DNA of 62,980 nucleotides, the filler included. It is 6 parts of 6 records of this genome, joined end to end, with 100 filler letters (N's around TTAATTAATTAA, not from the genome) between each part and the next. Parts side by side here need not be neighbours in the genome. Positions count along the whole stretch, not along the records: positions 7,962 to 26,128 come from DRR723986_9501; 5 more parts are not named here. One strand, 5' to 3'. Below, piece by piece: positions 10,010 through 19,384 of the stretch. Within the stretch, counting starts at the first letter, position 1; each line of letters starts with the position of its first letter. The notes beneath the pieces are model-generated. The model did no database searches. It saw nothing but the letters and a program-made list of their open reading frames with translations, and was not told the DNA's origin. A program made the position numbers and the translations under genes.

Positions 10010-11197
10010 CTACTGCCCGAGAATGTTGGCGATTGCAATCTTAACGGCAGAGCATGTGAAGTAGTCGAGCTCTGCATGGGAACGGCCAATGTTCTGACAA
10101 TCATATTGAACAATCTTGGGACTGGCCGCCAAGGGCTTGTCGGCGCGAGTCGGTGCACGCATCGGAACCGGTAGTCCTGCAAAGCCGGCGGCGATCGGCC
10201 TGTCTCTGTCAAAGAAACGAAATTTCCGCAGCACTGGATCTCGCGAATTGTACAGATTCACAATCCGCTCAACTCCTACCAGTGCTTGATTATATCGTCC
10301 CGTGGACGTTAGTGAATCACGATCAAATGCTGGCGCAAGCAGACTCACTCTCATGCACCGAATGACGGGCGTTTCGAGAGTTCTGCCAGCGATCTTTCCA
10401 CCGTGAAGGACATGCAGCGCCCCCATCAGCACTCTTCCGCCAAAACTGAAGCCCAGTAATCCAGGCCCGTTCTCGCACTCCAGGCAGCCCAAGAGCTTTG
10501 CCAAGTAGTACGATTCGGCGTCAATGCGGTCCTTCTTTTCCAACACATCACGGGCATATCCATGCTGACGCTGACTGGGCCACGTGTAGGCCACAAACGT
10601 CATACTCGCTTGAGATCGCGCCTTAATACTAGCGAAATTCTTTCGAGCCCTTTTGCGCGCGTCCGCGGCTGGCATCCAATTACCGTGGACATAGACGACC
10701 AAGCGGTGGTGTCCGCAGTGAATCTGACAGTGCTCGACGAGTGCTTCGACCGAAGACTTCTCCCATCGCCCATCAATGCACCGGGTCACTTGGAAAGCAG
10801 GCAATGCACTATCGATCGACGGACAGGCTGGCAAGCAACGCGAGCTGACTTCCCAAAACGTGTGGCTGCACCCGCACTCCGGCTGTGCAGCAGCAGAGCC
10901 GACCTTGGAAACGAGTGAATCCTCGGAGACTGCGACTCCACCTGTGTCGACTGGTTCGTCGGCAGAGCATCTAGGCGGAGTGAAACACCAAACACTTCCA
11001 ATCACCAAAATCGCTACAACGCGCGCAAGCGCTCGTGCGAGCCCTTTGGGGGCTGAGTCATTCGATTTGTTAGTCTTCCACAACAATCTGCAGCTTCTTC
11101 TATAAGTTGCTCTTTCTTGACGAACATCACTCGCCCACGCCCACCCGGACAAGGCTAGCCGAACAACTCTAGCCGATGGCTCAAGGTGCTGCGACAT
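10010..11197 (-). CDS. Secreted alpha/beta hydrolase (DUF900-like); start uncertain
   Basis: VYVHGN, YTWPS, GFSFGGR nucleophile elbow, YNSRDPVL, C-terminal His. Confidence 0.7.
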   Translation of the reverse strand: MSQHLEPSARVVRLALSGWAWASDVRQERATYRRSCRLLWKTNKSNDSAPKGLARALARVVAILVIGSVWCFTPPRCSADEPVDTGGVAVSEDSLVSKVGSAAAQPECGCSHTFWEVSSRCLPACPSIDSALPAFQVTRCIDGRWEKSSVEALVEHCQIHCGHHRLVVYVHGNWMPAADARKRARKNFASIKARSQASMTFVAYTWPSQRQHGYARDVLEKKDRIDAESYYLAKLLGCLECENGPGLLGFSFGGRVLMGALHVLHGGKIAGRTLETPVIRCMRVSLLAPAFDRDSLTSTGRYNQALVGVERIVNLYNSRDPVLRKFRFFDRDRPIAAGFAGLPVPMRAPTRADKPLAASPKIVQYDCQNIGRSHAELDYFTCSAVKIAIANILGQ

Positions 11198-11466
11198 CTT
11201 TCAACTGCATCGAAGCTTATCAGTGGTTAACCGCAGTAATTCCACTGCATCCAATCCCTCCAGGTCAACCGACGCGGTGTTTATGCGGGATGTAGCCATT
11301 GCGGATCATACACATGCAAACCGTTTCAACTTCGACTCAGCCGTCTGGGCAAGATGTTGCATTTTTTCAACGTGTTTCGTTTGCACATCGTTAACTAGGT
11401 TGTAGAGTTCACCAGGCAGGAAGGACCCTGACGGTTGGTGAAAATCTATTTTCGGGGGAAAGACTA

Positions 11467-11703
11467 ATGAAGAAACTACTTGCACTATCCATTGCAGTTG
11501 CAGCGTTCACCGGTTGTGGACGCGGTTGGCTACCACTTTACCAAGGCGCACCTTGCAACTCGTGCCCTCCTGCAACTCAAGCGTGCAACGACTGTGGTGG
11601 CGTGACCAGCGGCTACGCGCCGTATGACATGGGTTACACCAACGAATACAACTTGGGACCGGTCTACGAAGGCGAAGGCATGGTTCCTGTCCCTGCGAAC
11701 TAG
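11467..11703 (+). CDS. Small Cys-rich lipoprotein
   Basis: MKK-hydrophobic-AFTGC lipobox; CNSC and CNDC; GGGGAA RBS; hairpin downstream. Confidence 0.75.
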   Translation: MKKLLALSIAVAAFTGCGRGWLPLYQGAPCNSCPPATQACNDCGGVTSGYAPYDMGYTNEYNLGPVYEGEGMVPVPAN

Positions 11704-11887
11704 ACACATCAAAACGTCAGCAGACGACATTCTCACCAGCCTAAGCGATTCCAATGCAGCGAGTGTGGCGGTGCCTTCGGGGGGAGGCCCGCCGCTCGTT
11801 CGCTTGCTTCTAAACCGGCTCGAACTTCAAAGGAGCCGCCGATCGCGAGGACAGGACCACACGCTGGTCCGTCCATAGAGGGGGCTT

Positions 11888-11903
11888 TGGCACACTTCTT
11901 GCA
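11888..11903 (+). promoter_or_regulatory. Sigma54 (-24/-12) promoter
   Basis: TGGCAC-ACTTC-TTGCA matches the TGGCAC-N5-TTGC consensus exactly, upstream of the transglutaminase gene. Confidence 0.6.
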
Positions 11904-11972
11904 TGTGCTCTCCACTGCAATCAAGATTGATTCCGGCTATGAGCAAACTACACGTTCAGCGGTCGCATCTTT

Positions 11973-13085
11973 TTGGTGCAGTCCTCCCGACATCTTCTGT
12001 TGGGGTTCCGTTTGAGCATCGGAGAACTACAAGTGGTATATCGCTTCCTTCAAGGTCTGTCGTTGGTTTTCGCATGTGCTTGGCTGATCGCGGTGTCCGC
12101 TACAGCTTCCTTTGGTGACGATTCCGTAGCCATCGAGGAACCTGAAAAGGAGTCGCCGCTGCAGTTTGTTGCTCCTAAGACCTACGACATGAAAATCGGT
12201 CTTCGGCTGACGACCGGTAATGGAGCGATGGCAGGGACGCAAGCGACGACTGTCTTTCCAACCGAGTGGCCGGAACAGAAAGTAGAGATTATCGCACCAC
12301 CGTCTGCGGTTAGCTTTGCGACAGATTTCCGCAACTTGCCCGGTGGCAACCGTCAGTTGCTCATGTTCGCACGCAACTTTCCAGCACACTCTTCGCAAGA
12401 AGTAACCGCCACGGTTCGCATTACCAAGAGTCATACTGTTGGGCCGAAAGATCCAACGGGTCTTGTCATTCCACGCCGAGTCAGTCGTGACCTTCGGCAG
12501 TTTCTCGGCGACAGCCCTTATATCAAAGCAACCGGTTCAGACGTGCGGAGAATCGTCCGCGAGATTGACACCGAGGAATTTGATACCGACTGGGAAAGAA
12601 TCGAAGCCTACTACGACTGGGTGCGAGAGAACATCGAATATGTCAACGGCGAACTCAAGACGACCCAACAAGCCCTTAAGGATCGGCAAGGCGACTGTGA
12701 AGAGATGACCAGTATCTTCATAGCACTATGCCGTGCATCTAGAATCCCAGCGCGGTGCGTGTGGATTCCTAACCATTGCTACCCAGAGTTTTACATGGAA
12801 GACGCCGAAGGAGACGGACACTGGTTCCCATGCCAAGCGGCCGGGACACGCAACTTTGGTTCAATGCCAGAGTACCTGCCAATCCTACAGAAAGGTGATC
12901 GCTTCAAAGTGCCAGAAAAGAAAGAGCGGCAACGGTATATCGCGGACTTCCTTTCGGCGAAACACGTCTCGGGAAGCGACGACCCTAAGGTGGAATTTGT
13001 TCGCGAAGTACTGGGCGATGCGGCTGGACTGGAGAGCCCTGATCTCGGTGGTGCAGCTCAGCCGCAACAGGCGGATACACCCTAA
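11973..13085 (+). CDS. Exported transglutaminase-like domain protein (start uncertain)
   Basis: YDWVRENIEY, GDCEE (catalytic Cys), CRASRIPAR, HCYPEFY, WFP; N-terminal hydrophobic signal. Confidence 0.85.
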   Translation: MVQSSRHLLLGFRLSIGELQVVYRFLQGLSLVFACAWLIAVSATASFGDDSVAIEEPEKESPLQFVAPKTYDMKIGLRLTTGNGAMAGTQATTVFPTEWPEQKVEIIAPPSAVSFATDFRNLPGGNRQLLMFARNFPAHSSQEVTATVRITKSHTVGPKDPTGLVIPRRVSRDLRQFLGDSPYIKATGSDVRRIVREIDTEEFDTDWERIEAYYDWVRENIEYVNGELKTTQQALKDRQGDCEEMTSIFIALCRASRIPARCVWIPNHCYPEFYMEDAEGDGHWFPCQAAGTRNFGSMPEYLPILQKGDRFKVPEKKERQRYIADFLSAKHVSGSDDPKVEFVREVLGDAAGLESPDLGGAAQPQQADTP

Positions 13086-13160
13086 CAGCCCCACGCACAA
13101 CTCGTTGCAATCCTTCTCACGCCGACCCGCGGCCAACGTCGCTGCAGAGCTCTTGGCTGG

Positions 13161-13868
13161 CTAGCACTTTGCCGACTTGCGCTTCTTTCCAACCCGTTTC
13201 ATCGACTCGACTTTCTGAATCATGTCGGTCGCTACGGGCACGCGACAGGCGGTATCGCCCATATTCACCTCGACCTTGCCTAGCTTCTTGGCGGTAGCCT
13301 TAGCCTGTTTGAGCAACGGCTTCACGTAGGTGCCGACACAGATTACAAATCCATTTATGCAGTAACGAACGCGGTCGCTGCGGGAATCAATCTCCCCAGG
13401 GATGGCTTCCATCAACTCGCGGGTTTCATCCAGGTCGATCTCTTCATCAGGGCGAACCGACAGCCCAGCGGCGTAAGTGCTCCACCCGCTTGAGACGATC
13501 CCAGGACTGCGGCTACGGATCCACTTGCTGGCGATTCCAAAGCAATCCTTATGCTCGGCAGCGACAAATGGGACAGAGTACTCGCTCAACATGTACCACC
13601 ATGCTGTCTTTGCCCAGTGGTTGAGTTGCGTCTTGGTGAATGCAGAGCCGTCAGCGGCTAAAGCAGCCAGATACATTGCGTCGGAGTTGTTGGTGTCCCA
13701 CAACTCAAGTGCAAGCTCGTTGTTTCCTTTGATGTGCTTGAGCAGCTTCTTAAGGTCTCCGACTTTGACGCCAAACATTGGGCCATCCGCCCCGTGCCGT
13801 CGAAAGGTCTTCACCGTTTGCTCACTGCCAAGCTTCTCAAGCTCAGCCATCACTTCTTTCAAATCCAC
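13161..13868 (-). CDS. DNA alkylation repair (AlkD-like HEAT-repeat) family protein
   Basis: FGVKVGDLK, LALELWDT.NSDAMYLA, KVEVNMGDTACRVP, GKKRKSAKC; GTG start inferred. Confidence 0.82.
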   Translation of the reverse strand: MDLKEVMAELEKLGSEQTVKTFRRHGADGPMFGVKVGDLKKLLKHIKGNNELALELWDTNNSDAMYLAALAADGSAFTKTQLNHWAKTAWWYMLSEYSVPFVAAEHKDCFGIASKWIRSRSPGIVSSGWSTYAAGLSVRPDEEIDLDETRELMEAIPGEIDSRSDRVRYCINGFVICVGTYVKPLLKQAKATAKKLGKVEVNMGDTACRVPVATDMIQKVESMKRVGKKRKSAKC

Positions 13869-14178
13869 TTCATATCCCCAGCATCTATGTATGCAACTCT
13901 CCAACCCATCATTGCACACGAACTTTCACTCACGCAACTTCGCTTGAGCCTAGCAGAATTCTACATCAATTCGCTCTGCGCCGCCTGCAGTGGTTACACC
14001 TCGCAACAACTGCGTCTCGCAGTGGCTGCCACTCGGCAAACCAGACTACCTGGCAAAACAGGCGGCTGGCAAAACACGAGACAGACCGCAGGCAGCAGCG
14101 CCGTGGACAGCCCCCAATCGAACAAACAGCACGTTGCACCAAACTGAATGACGAGAGCGCAAATTTCGAGTGCGCATG

Positions 14179-14213
14179 AAAAACGCCTGCTATTGTCGCA
14201 ACAACAGCAGGCG
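14179..14213 (-). terminator. Rho-independent terminator downstream of the RNA-binding protein gene
   Basis: Minus strand CGCCTGCTGTTGT-TGCG-ACAATAGCAGGCG followed by TTTTT. Confidence 0.7.
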
Positions 14214-14377
14214 ATAATGATTCGGTCCCGCGTTAAACTGCATTGCCCGTTACCGGGCGAGTGACCGATGTAACTCTGGGTTTGATCTGTTCAATTGCTC
14301 TACTCAATATTGAGCAGCTCAGATATTTGGCTGGTCATAACTAGACCGGGCAAATACTGGGTAGCTGAAGACGTGGC

Positions 14378-14665
14378 TTACCAGCGTCCGCCGCCACCAC
14401 CACCGCCGCCACCGCGACGATCTTCTCGTGGACGAGCTTCGTTGACGGTTACGCTACGGCCGTCGATCTCACGAAGGTTTACACCTTCAATCGCTTCCTT
14501 GGCGGAACGGTCATCACGCATTTCAACGAAAGCGAATCCACGGCTGCGGCCAGTGTCGCGATCCTTGATGATGTTTACCGATGCAACTTCACCGTACTCA
14601 CCAAACGCTTGCTCAAGGTCGCTTTCGCTTGCGCCAAAACTTAGGTTACCAACATAGATGTTCAT
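14378..14665 (-). CDS. Glycine-rich RRM RNA-binding protein (Rbp type)
   Basis: RNP2 IYVGNL, RNP1 RGFAFVEM, VNEARPR, Gly-rich tail. Confidence 0.95.
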   Translation of the reverse strand: MNIYVGNLSFGASESDLEQAFGEYGEVASVNIIKDRDTGRSRGFAFVEMRDDRSAKEAIEGVNLREIDGRSVTVNEARPREDRRGGGGGGGGGRW

Positions 14666-15305
14666 AAATGAACCCCTTACGAAACAAAAACATCGACTTA
14701 CGTCGACTGTGGGGAGCCTGACAGAGAAAGCAAATCCAATGCTTGTACTTAAAGAAGGCAGAAAAACCGCCGTTCTAGTCAATGGCACTAGAACAATCGA
14801 AAGGGATCAATTCAGCAAGAAACCAAACGGAACTCGGACCAAAAAGAAATCCAACTCAATCGCAACAATCTGTAACAGGTCAACGAGCCCTGATCAATTC
14901 TCCCCAACATAAAACTCCAGAGCCTTCTATTGGCCCTGGCCTTAAGTGGAACTATACCCGTCTTTCGGCACCGCGTCGACGCAGAAACTTGTCCAAATTG
15001 CAGTTTCCCGCGAATTGATTCATGCTGCGCCGCGCATCCGTCGCGTCTACGAGCACATTCCAATAGGCTAGTCGACCTGGGCACAAACGGCTCGTAAGGG
15101 CTGTCAGAGTGTCGGGTCCGAGTATGTGAAAGCTGGCATTACACCCCTCATGCCATTTCGGCGGCGATGGTGCTTTTTGACAGCATTCTTGCTGGCCTGA
15201 TGCCATTTTGCAACAACTTTGGCTGCCGCTGCGTCGCCTCAAGAAGAGCCGTAAACCCATACCCGAAAACACCTTACGCCAAATAGCGGCACAACACGAG
15301 CGGCT

Positions 15306-15321
15306 TGGCACCACAGTTGCA
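15306..15321 (+). promoter_or_regulatory. Sigma54 (-24/-12) promoter
   Basis: TGGCAC-CACAG-TTGCA exact consensus in a ~900-nt intergenic region. Confidence 0.6.
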
Positions 15322-15389
15322 ACTGAACCTAGTCGTTCGATCGGCAGTCTTCGAGAGTGCGATTGCGGCAAAAAACACCCCTAACAGAA

Positions 15390-15542
15390 GGGGGCCGCAG
15401 TAGCCAAGACGCCGATAATGAACTTAGTCCTCCAGTCGAAAAGCTTTGGGGCATAGGGTGCAGTACCAGAACTGAAGTACATCTCTGGCACTGAAACCTA
15501 CGAGCTTTCGACTGCGAAGTCCTGACCAACTGCTGAATCCTC
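15390..15542 (+). ncRNA. Candidate structured RNA (long interrupted hairpin; 6S-like or leader)
   Basis: CAGTCGAAAAGCT (15433-45) pairs with AGCTTTCGACTG (15503-14); inner TAGG/CCTA and CAGTACCAGA/TCTGGCACTG; outer GCAGT/ACTGC. Confidence 0.4.
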
Positions 15543-15576
15543 AAGCACGTTTGGCACAGAGAACTGGAGCAATCAA

Positions 15577-15822
15577 ATGACCCAGGAAAACTCAAATCCG
15601 ACCGAAGATGCGAACTGCAACTCGAGCGAAAACACCTGTTCGAGCGCGACTGCGAAATCTAAACGCGAGCAATCACAGCGGTGGACATGGCTACAAGAGC
15701 GGTTAGCGTCTACGGCTACGCTGGACAACTGGATTCACCAAGAACTCGAATCACTAGAAAACGACTTTGCTGACATGGTCACTCCCGGCAGCCTGAGCCG
15801 ATCTCTTCGAAGCGACCGCTAA
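15577..15822 (+). CDS. Small hypothetical protein
   Basis: 81-aa ORF with GGAG RBS, helical C-terminal half. Confidence 0.6.
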   Translation: MTQENSNPTEDANCNSSENTCSSATAKSKREQSQRWTWLQERLASTATLDNWIHQELESLENDFADMVTPGSLSRSLRSDR

Positions 15823-15870
15823 GTCCAGTTACCGCCAAGTCCAGCTACCGCCGTCTACCAGGCGGACTGG

Positions 15871-17295
15871 CTACGCTCGTGCGTTTAATCCAGCCACGAT
15901 TTTCTCTGCCGCAGCACGACCGCTGCGAACGCACTGGGGAATCCCCACTCCACGATACGCGGCCCCAGCAATTGCAAGCGTTGGGAACTTTGCCACCCGC
16001 TCGAATATCGCGTCAACTCTTTCAACGTGGCCGACAGTGTACTGCGGCATCGCTTTGTTCCAACGAACAATGCGCATCCACTCTGGCCGCCCGCTCCACT
16101 GTAGAATCTCGCGAACTTCGCGTTGAGCGATGTCTTCAATGGCGGCGTCTTCCAAGTCCAAAACACCAGGGTCCTTTGCACCACCCAGAAAGACGCGCAG
16201 CAGGACGAGCTCCTCCGGCGTCCTGCCCGGATACTTGTTGCTGGTATAGGAGATCGCCAACGTTTTTCGTCCAGCGATACTTGGCACGATCAATCCAAAA
16301 CCGTCCAGCCGACCTTGCACATCCGATCGCCGCACAACCATGGCCGCAACGGCGCTGGAAGCGTAGTCGATTTTCCCGATCGATTCAGCCGCAGCCGCGT
16401 CGACGTTGCCCAGCAACCCGCTGGCCACTCGCGCTGGAGCAGCACAAATAACTGCGTCAAACTCCTCGACCGATGGACCTTGATCACAATCAAGTTTCAG
16501 TTGCCAACGACCTGCGGGAACTTCTGGCGACAGCAACTCATTCACTCGGCAGCCAAGGCGCACAGCGCCGCCGGGCAATTTGCTGGCCAGGCCTTTGATC
16601 CAGGCATTCATTCCTGATCTGGGAGCGCGAAACTGGTCGTAGCGAGCACCACTGGCCCGACGTGCTGCCGCCTTGGCATCTTTGCGTTTTGCTGACAGAT
16701 GGCCTCGAATCAAACCACCGCTCTTCTGCTCCATTTGCAGGAACTGCGGCATGGTTGCCTTCATGCTCAGCGTCGATGGATCGGCTGTGAAGATTCCACT
16801 AACAATTGGTTCAACCAAACTCTCGAATGCTTCGCGCCCAAGTCTCCGCGTAACGAACGACTCCAGTGATTCGTCGCCCGTTTCCTTGCGTGCTGGAACC
16901 CAGAATTCACGAAGCAGGCGAAGCTTCCCCGCCATGGACAGCGTTGGTGTTGTCAGGATGGACATGACACGAGTCGGCTGCATCAATGAGAAACCTGCCG
17001 GAATTGGCTGGAGGCGTCCGCGACTGAGAACAAATGCCTGCCTTCCGTGTTCTCTCGGCATGACCAACTGATCATCAATTCCTGCCAACCTAGAGAGCTC
17101 GAGGGCATCTGGCATCAAGGTGGCAAAATTGTCCGCCCCCTTTTCGATCAAATAGGGCTCCTCGATCGTTTCGATCACACCGCCCAAGCGGTCGCCAGAT
17201 TCCAACAGCACAACTTCGGCTTCCGGCAATGCTTCGGAGGCATAGATCGCGGCCGAAATTCCACTGATGCCGCCACCAATAACTGCTATTCGCAT
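15871..17295 (-). CDS. hemG: Protoporphyrinogen/coproporphyrinogen oxidase (HemG/HemY flavoprotein)
   Basis: IAVIGGGISG, RLGG, EKGADNF, GFGLIVP, AMPQYTVGH, GVGIPQCV. Confidence 0.93.
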   Translation of the reverse strand: MRIAVIGGGISGISAAIYASEALPEAEVVLLESGDRLGGVIETIEEPYLIEKGADNFATLMPDALELSRLAGIDDQLVMPREHGRQAFVLSRGRLQPIPAGFSLMQPTRVMSILTTPTLSMAGKLRLLREFWVPARKETGDESLESFVTRRLGREAFESLVEPIVSGIFTADPSTLSMKATMPQFLQMEQKSGGLIRGHLSAKRKDAKAAARRASGARYDQFRAPRSGMNAWIKGLASKLPGGAVRLGCRVNELLSPEVPAGRWQLKLDCDQGPSVEEFDAVICAAPARVASGLLGNVDAAAAESIGKIDYASSAVAAMVVRRSDVQGRLDGFGLIVPSIAGRKTLAISYTSNKYPGRTPEELVLLRVFLGGAKDPGVLDLEDAAIEDIAQREVREILQWSGRPEWMRIVRWNKAMPQYTVGHVERVDAIFERVAKFPTLAIAGAAYRGVGIPQCVRSGRAAAEKIVAGLNARA

Positions 17296-17432
17296 TGCAC
17301 TGCCCGACCAGCGGGCCCTTTTCAACGGGCGTTACTTGATTGACCCACGCCTAGCTTCGGCAATTGACGGCATGAACTGAAGGACGCCGACAACTGGCTG
17401 TAGACTGACCGTCGACTGCGACCCTAACGGAT

Positions 17433-17783
17433 TTAGCCCGCCACTTCGTCGATCTTTGCCGCGACAATGAAATCGTTCTCGCTTAGACCGCCAATGGCAT
17501 GCGTGGTCAGCACGATTTGCAGGTTGCGGTAACCGGTCAGGTGCAGATCTGGATGATGCTGTTCTTCTTCGGCGACATCGGCGGCCTTCTGAACCAAGGC
17601 AACGGCTTCGACAAAATTCTTTAGCTGCCACTTCCGCGCGATCGACTTTCCATCGTCGCTAAGCGTCCAATCGGGCAAGCTGGCGATCTGCGCTCTGGCT
17701 GATTCAATGCTACACGCTTCGACTCCACCCTCGCATGGAAGACACTTCTTCTGCGTGAGCTGCTCTCTACCTAGGACTTGCAT
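17433..17783 (-). CDS. Pterin-4-alpha-carbinolamine dehydratase
   Basis: CLPCEGG, HHPDL, THAIGGLSENDFIVAAKID. Confidence 0.93.
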   Translation of the reverse strand: MQVLGREQLTQKKCLPCEGGVEACSIESARAQIASLPDWTLSDDGKSIARKWQLKNFVEAVALVQKAADVAEEEQHHPDLHLTGYRNLQIVLTTHAIGGLSENDFIVAAKIDEVAG

Positions 17784-18198
17784 GCCCCCCCCTCCGGTGG
17801 TACACCGAAGCAACTAGTTCTACTGGTTAAAAATTTGCGGGATATACGCACTTTTACGGACTACACTGAAATGCAAATGCTAGCGGTACCGGATTTGCCG
17901 AAATGCAACATCTGTAAGGATACCGAAGCCTCTCGAAGGAGTCACTTCCCAGTCGCTGGCCAGACCAACGAACTCAGCCACATATATCTCAGTCGCCAAG
18001 ACTCTAGCGGGTCGTCGATCTCTACCGCTCACCCCGGCGGTATCGCCCGACGCCAAAACTGCGGATTCTTCAGACGGGATGATCCCAGTACGTGGGCTGA
18101 AGGTCTTTGCCAGAGAATTCACACAAGGAATTCAGACGGGGTTGGAGGCCGGTGCACAAACACAACTTGAATTAGGCCATTCGAGAGAGGTTTGAGTC

Positions 18199-19356
18199 GT
18201 GCCTGACCAAAATCAACTGCAGTTTCCCGTCGCTGGCGAGTCTGCCCGCCGCCCCAAAACAGCACCGAGCATCAATCCAAGATTCTCAATTACTCAGGCG
18301 AAGGGATTGGTCAAGGACCTGTCCAAGCCTAACCCAATGATTTACTGGACAGACTTCCTGGTGACTATTCTCACCGGACACATCTGTTTCCAATTTCTGC
18401 TCCGAGGGCACGAGATGTTCGCAATCTCGGGAGCGTCATTGTGGGCCGTGCGAGCTGGATTGTTCTTCGCAACGTCTATTCTCTACATGCGAGCCTCGAT
18501 GTTCATTCACGAGCTCGTTCACCTGCCCACTGAAAAGTATCGGGGATTTCGCGTCGCGTGGAACTTGCTTTGCGGGATTCCGTTCCTGATCCCCTCCTTC
18601 ATGTATTACCCGCATGTCGACCATCACCGACGGAAGCATTATGGGACGGAGCACGACGGCGAATACTTGGACCTAAGCCATCGCTCTCCCTGGACCATCG
18701 TTTTATTCATTGGAGCTGCTGCTGTTGTTCCGGTAGCTGCCTTCTTCCGCTTCGGAATCCTGACGCCCATCTGCTGGGTTTTCCCCAAGACACGGTCATG
18801 GGTAGAACGTCACGCAAGCAGCATGGTCATTGACATTTTTTACTTGCGGGGTGACTACGGCGAAAACGCGAACAAGACGATGCGTCTGCAAGAGGTCCTG
18901 TGTTTCTTGTGGTGCATGGTCCTCGTTCTGCGAGCACCGATTGCGAGCGGACAACTGGTTGATCAATTCCTCGTCCAGGCTTACTCGATTAGCGTCGCGT
19001 TGATCATGATCAACAACATCCGCACGCTGGGAGCACATCGATGGATGGGTGACGGTCGCCAACTGACCTTCGAAGAGCAGTTGCTTGACAGCGTCAACTA
19101 CCCGCACCGCCCCTGGTTCACTGAGTTATGGGGACCAACGGGAACGCGTTACCATGCATTGCACCATCTGTTCCCCAGCATTCCGTATCATAATCTGGGC
19201 ATCGCACATCGAAGACTGGCCAAAGGCTTGCCCGCCGATTCCATGTACCACGAAACGACGCGTGTCAGCCTAGTGAGTGCCATTTGGGAGCTTTGGCAGA
19301 GAGCAGCCCGGCGAGACGATGTGGCTCCACACGAACAATCGCACCAAGCTGCCTAG
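18199..19356 (+). CDS. Membrane fatty acid desaturase family protein
   Basis: His boxes HELVH, HVDHHRRKH, HALHH-LFPSIPYHNL; several TM segments. Confidence 0.9.
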   Translation: MPDQNQLQFPVAGESARRPKTAPSINPRFSITQAKGLVKDLSKPNPMIYWTDFLVTILTGHICFQFLLRGHEMFAISGASLWAVRAGLFFATSILYMRASMFIHELVHLPTEKYRGFRVAWNLLCGIPFLIPSFMYYPHVDHHRRKHYGTEHDGEYLDLSHRSPWTIVLFIGAAAVVPVAAFFRFGILTPICWVFPKTRSWVERHASSMVIDIFYLRGDYGENANKTMRLQEVLCFLWCMVLVLRAPIASGQLVDQFLVQAYSISVALIMINNIRTLGAHRWMGDGRQLTFEEQLLDSVNYPHRPWFTELWGPTGTRYHALHHLFPSIPYHNLGIAHRRLAKGLPADSMYHETTRVSLVSAIWELWQRAARRDDVAPHEQSHQAA

Positions 19357-19384
19357 CAACCGACTGCACGCAGTTCAGGCCGGA

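Noticed and set aside
11346-11361. Third sigma54-like element TGGGCA-N5-TTGCA
   Set aside because: Poor -24 match; could be chance
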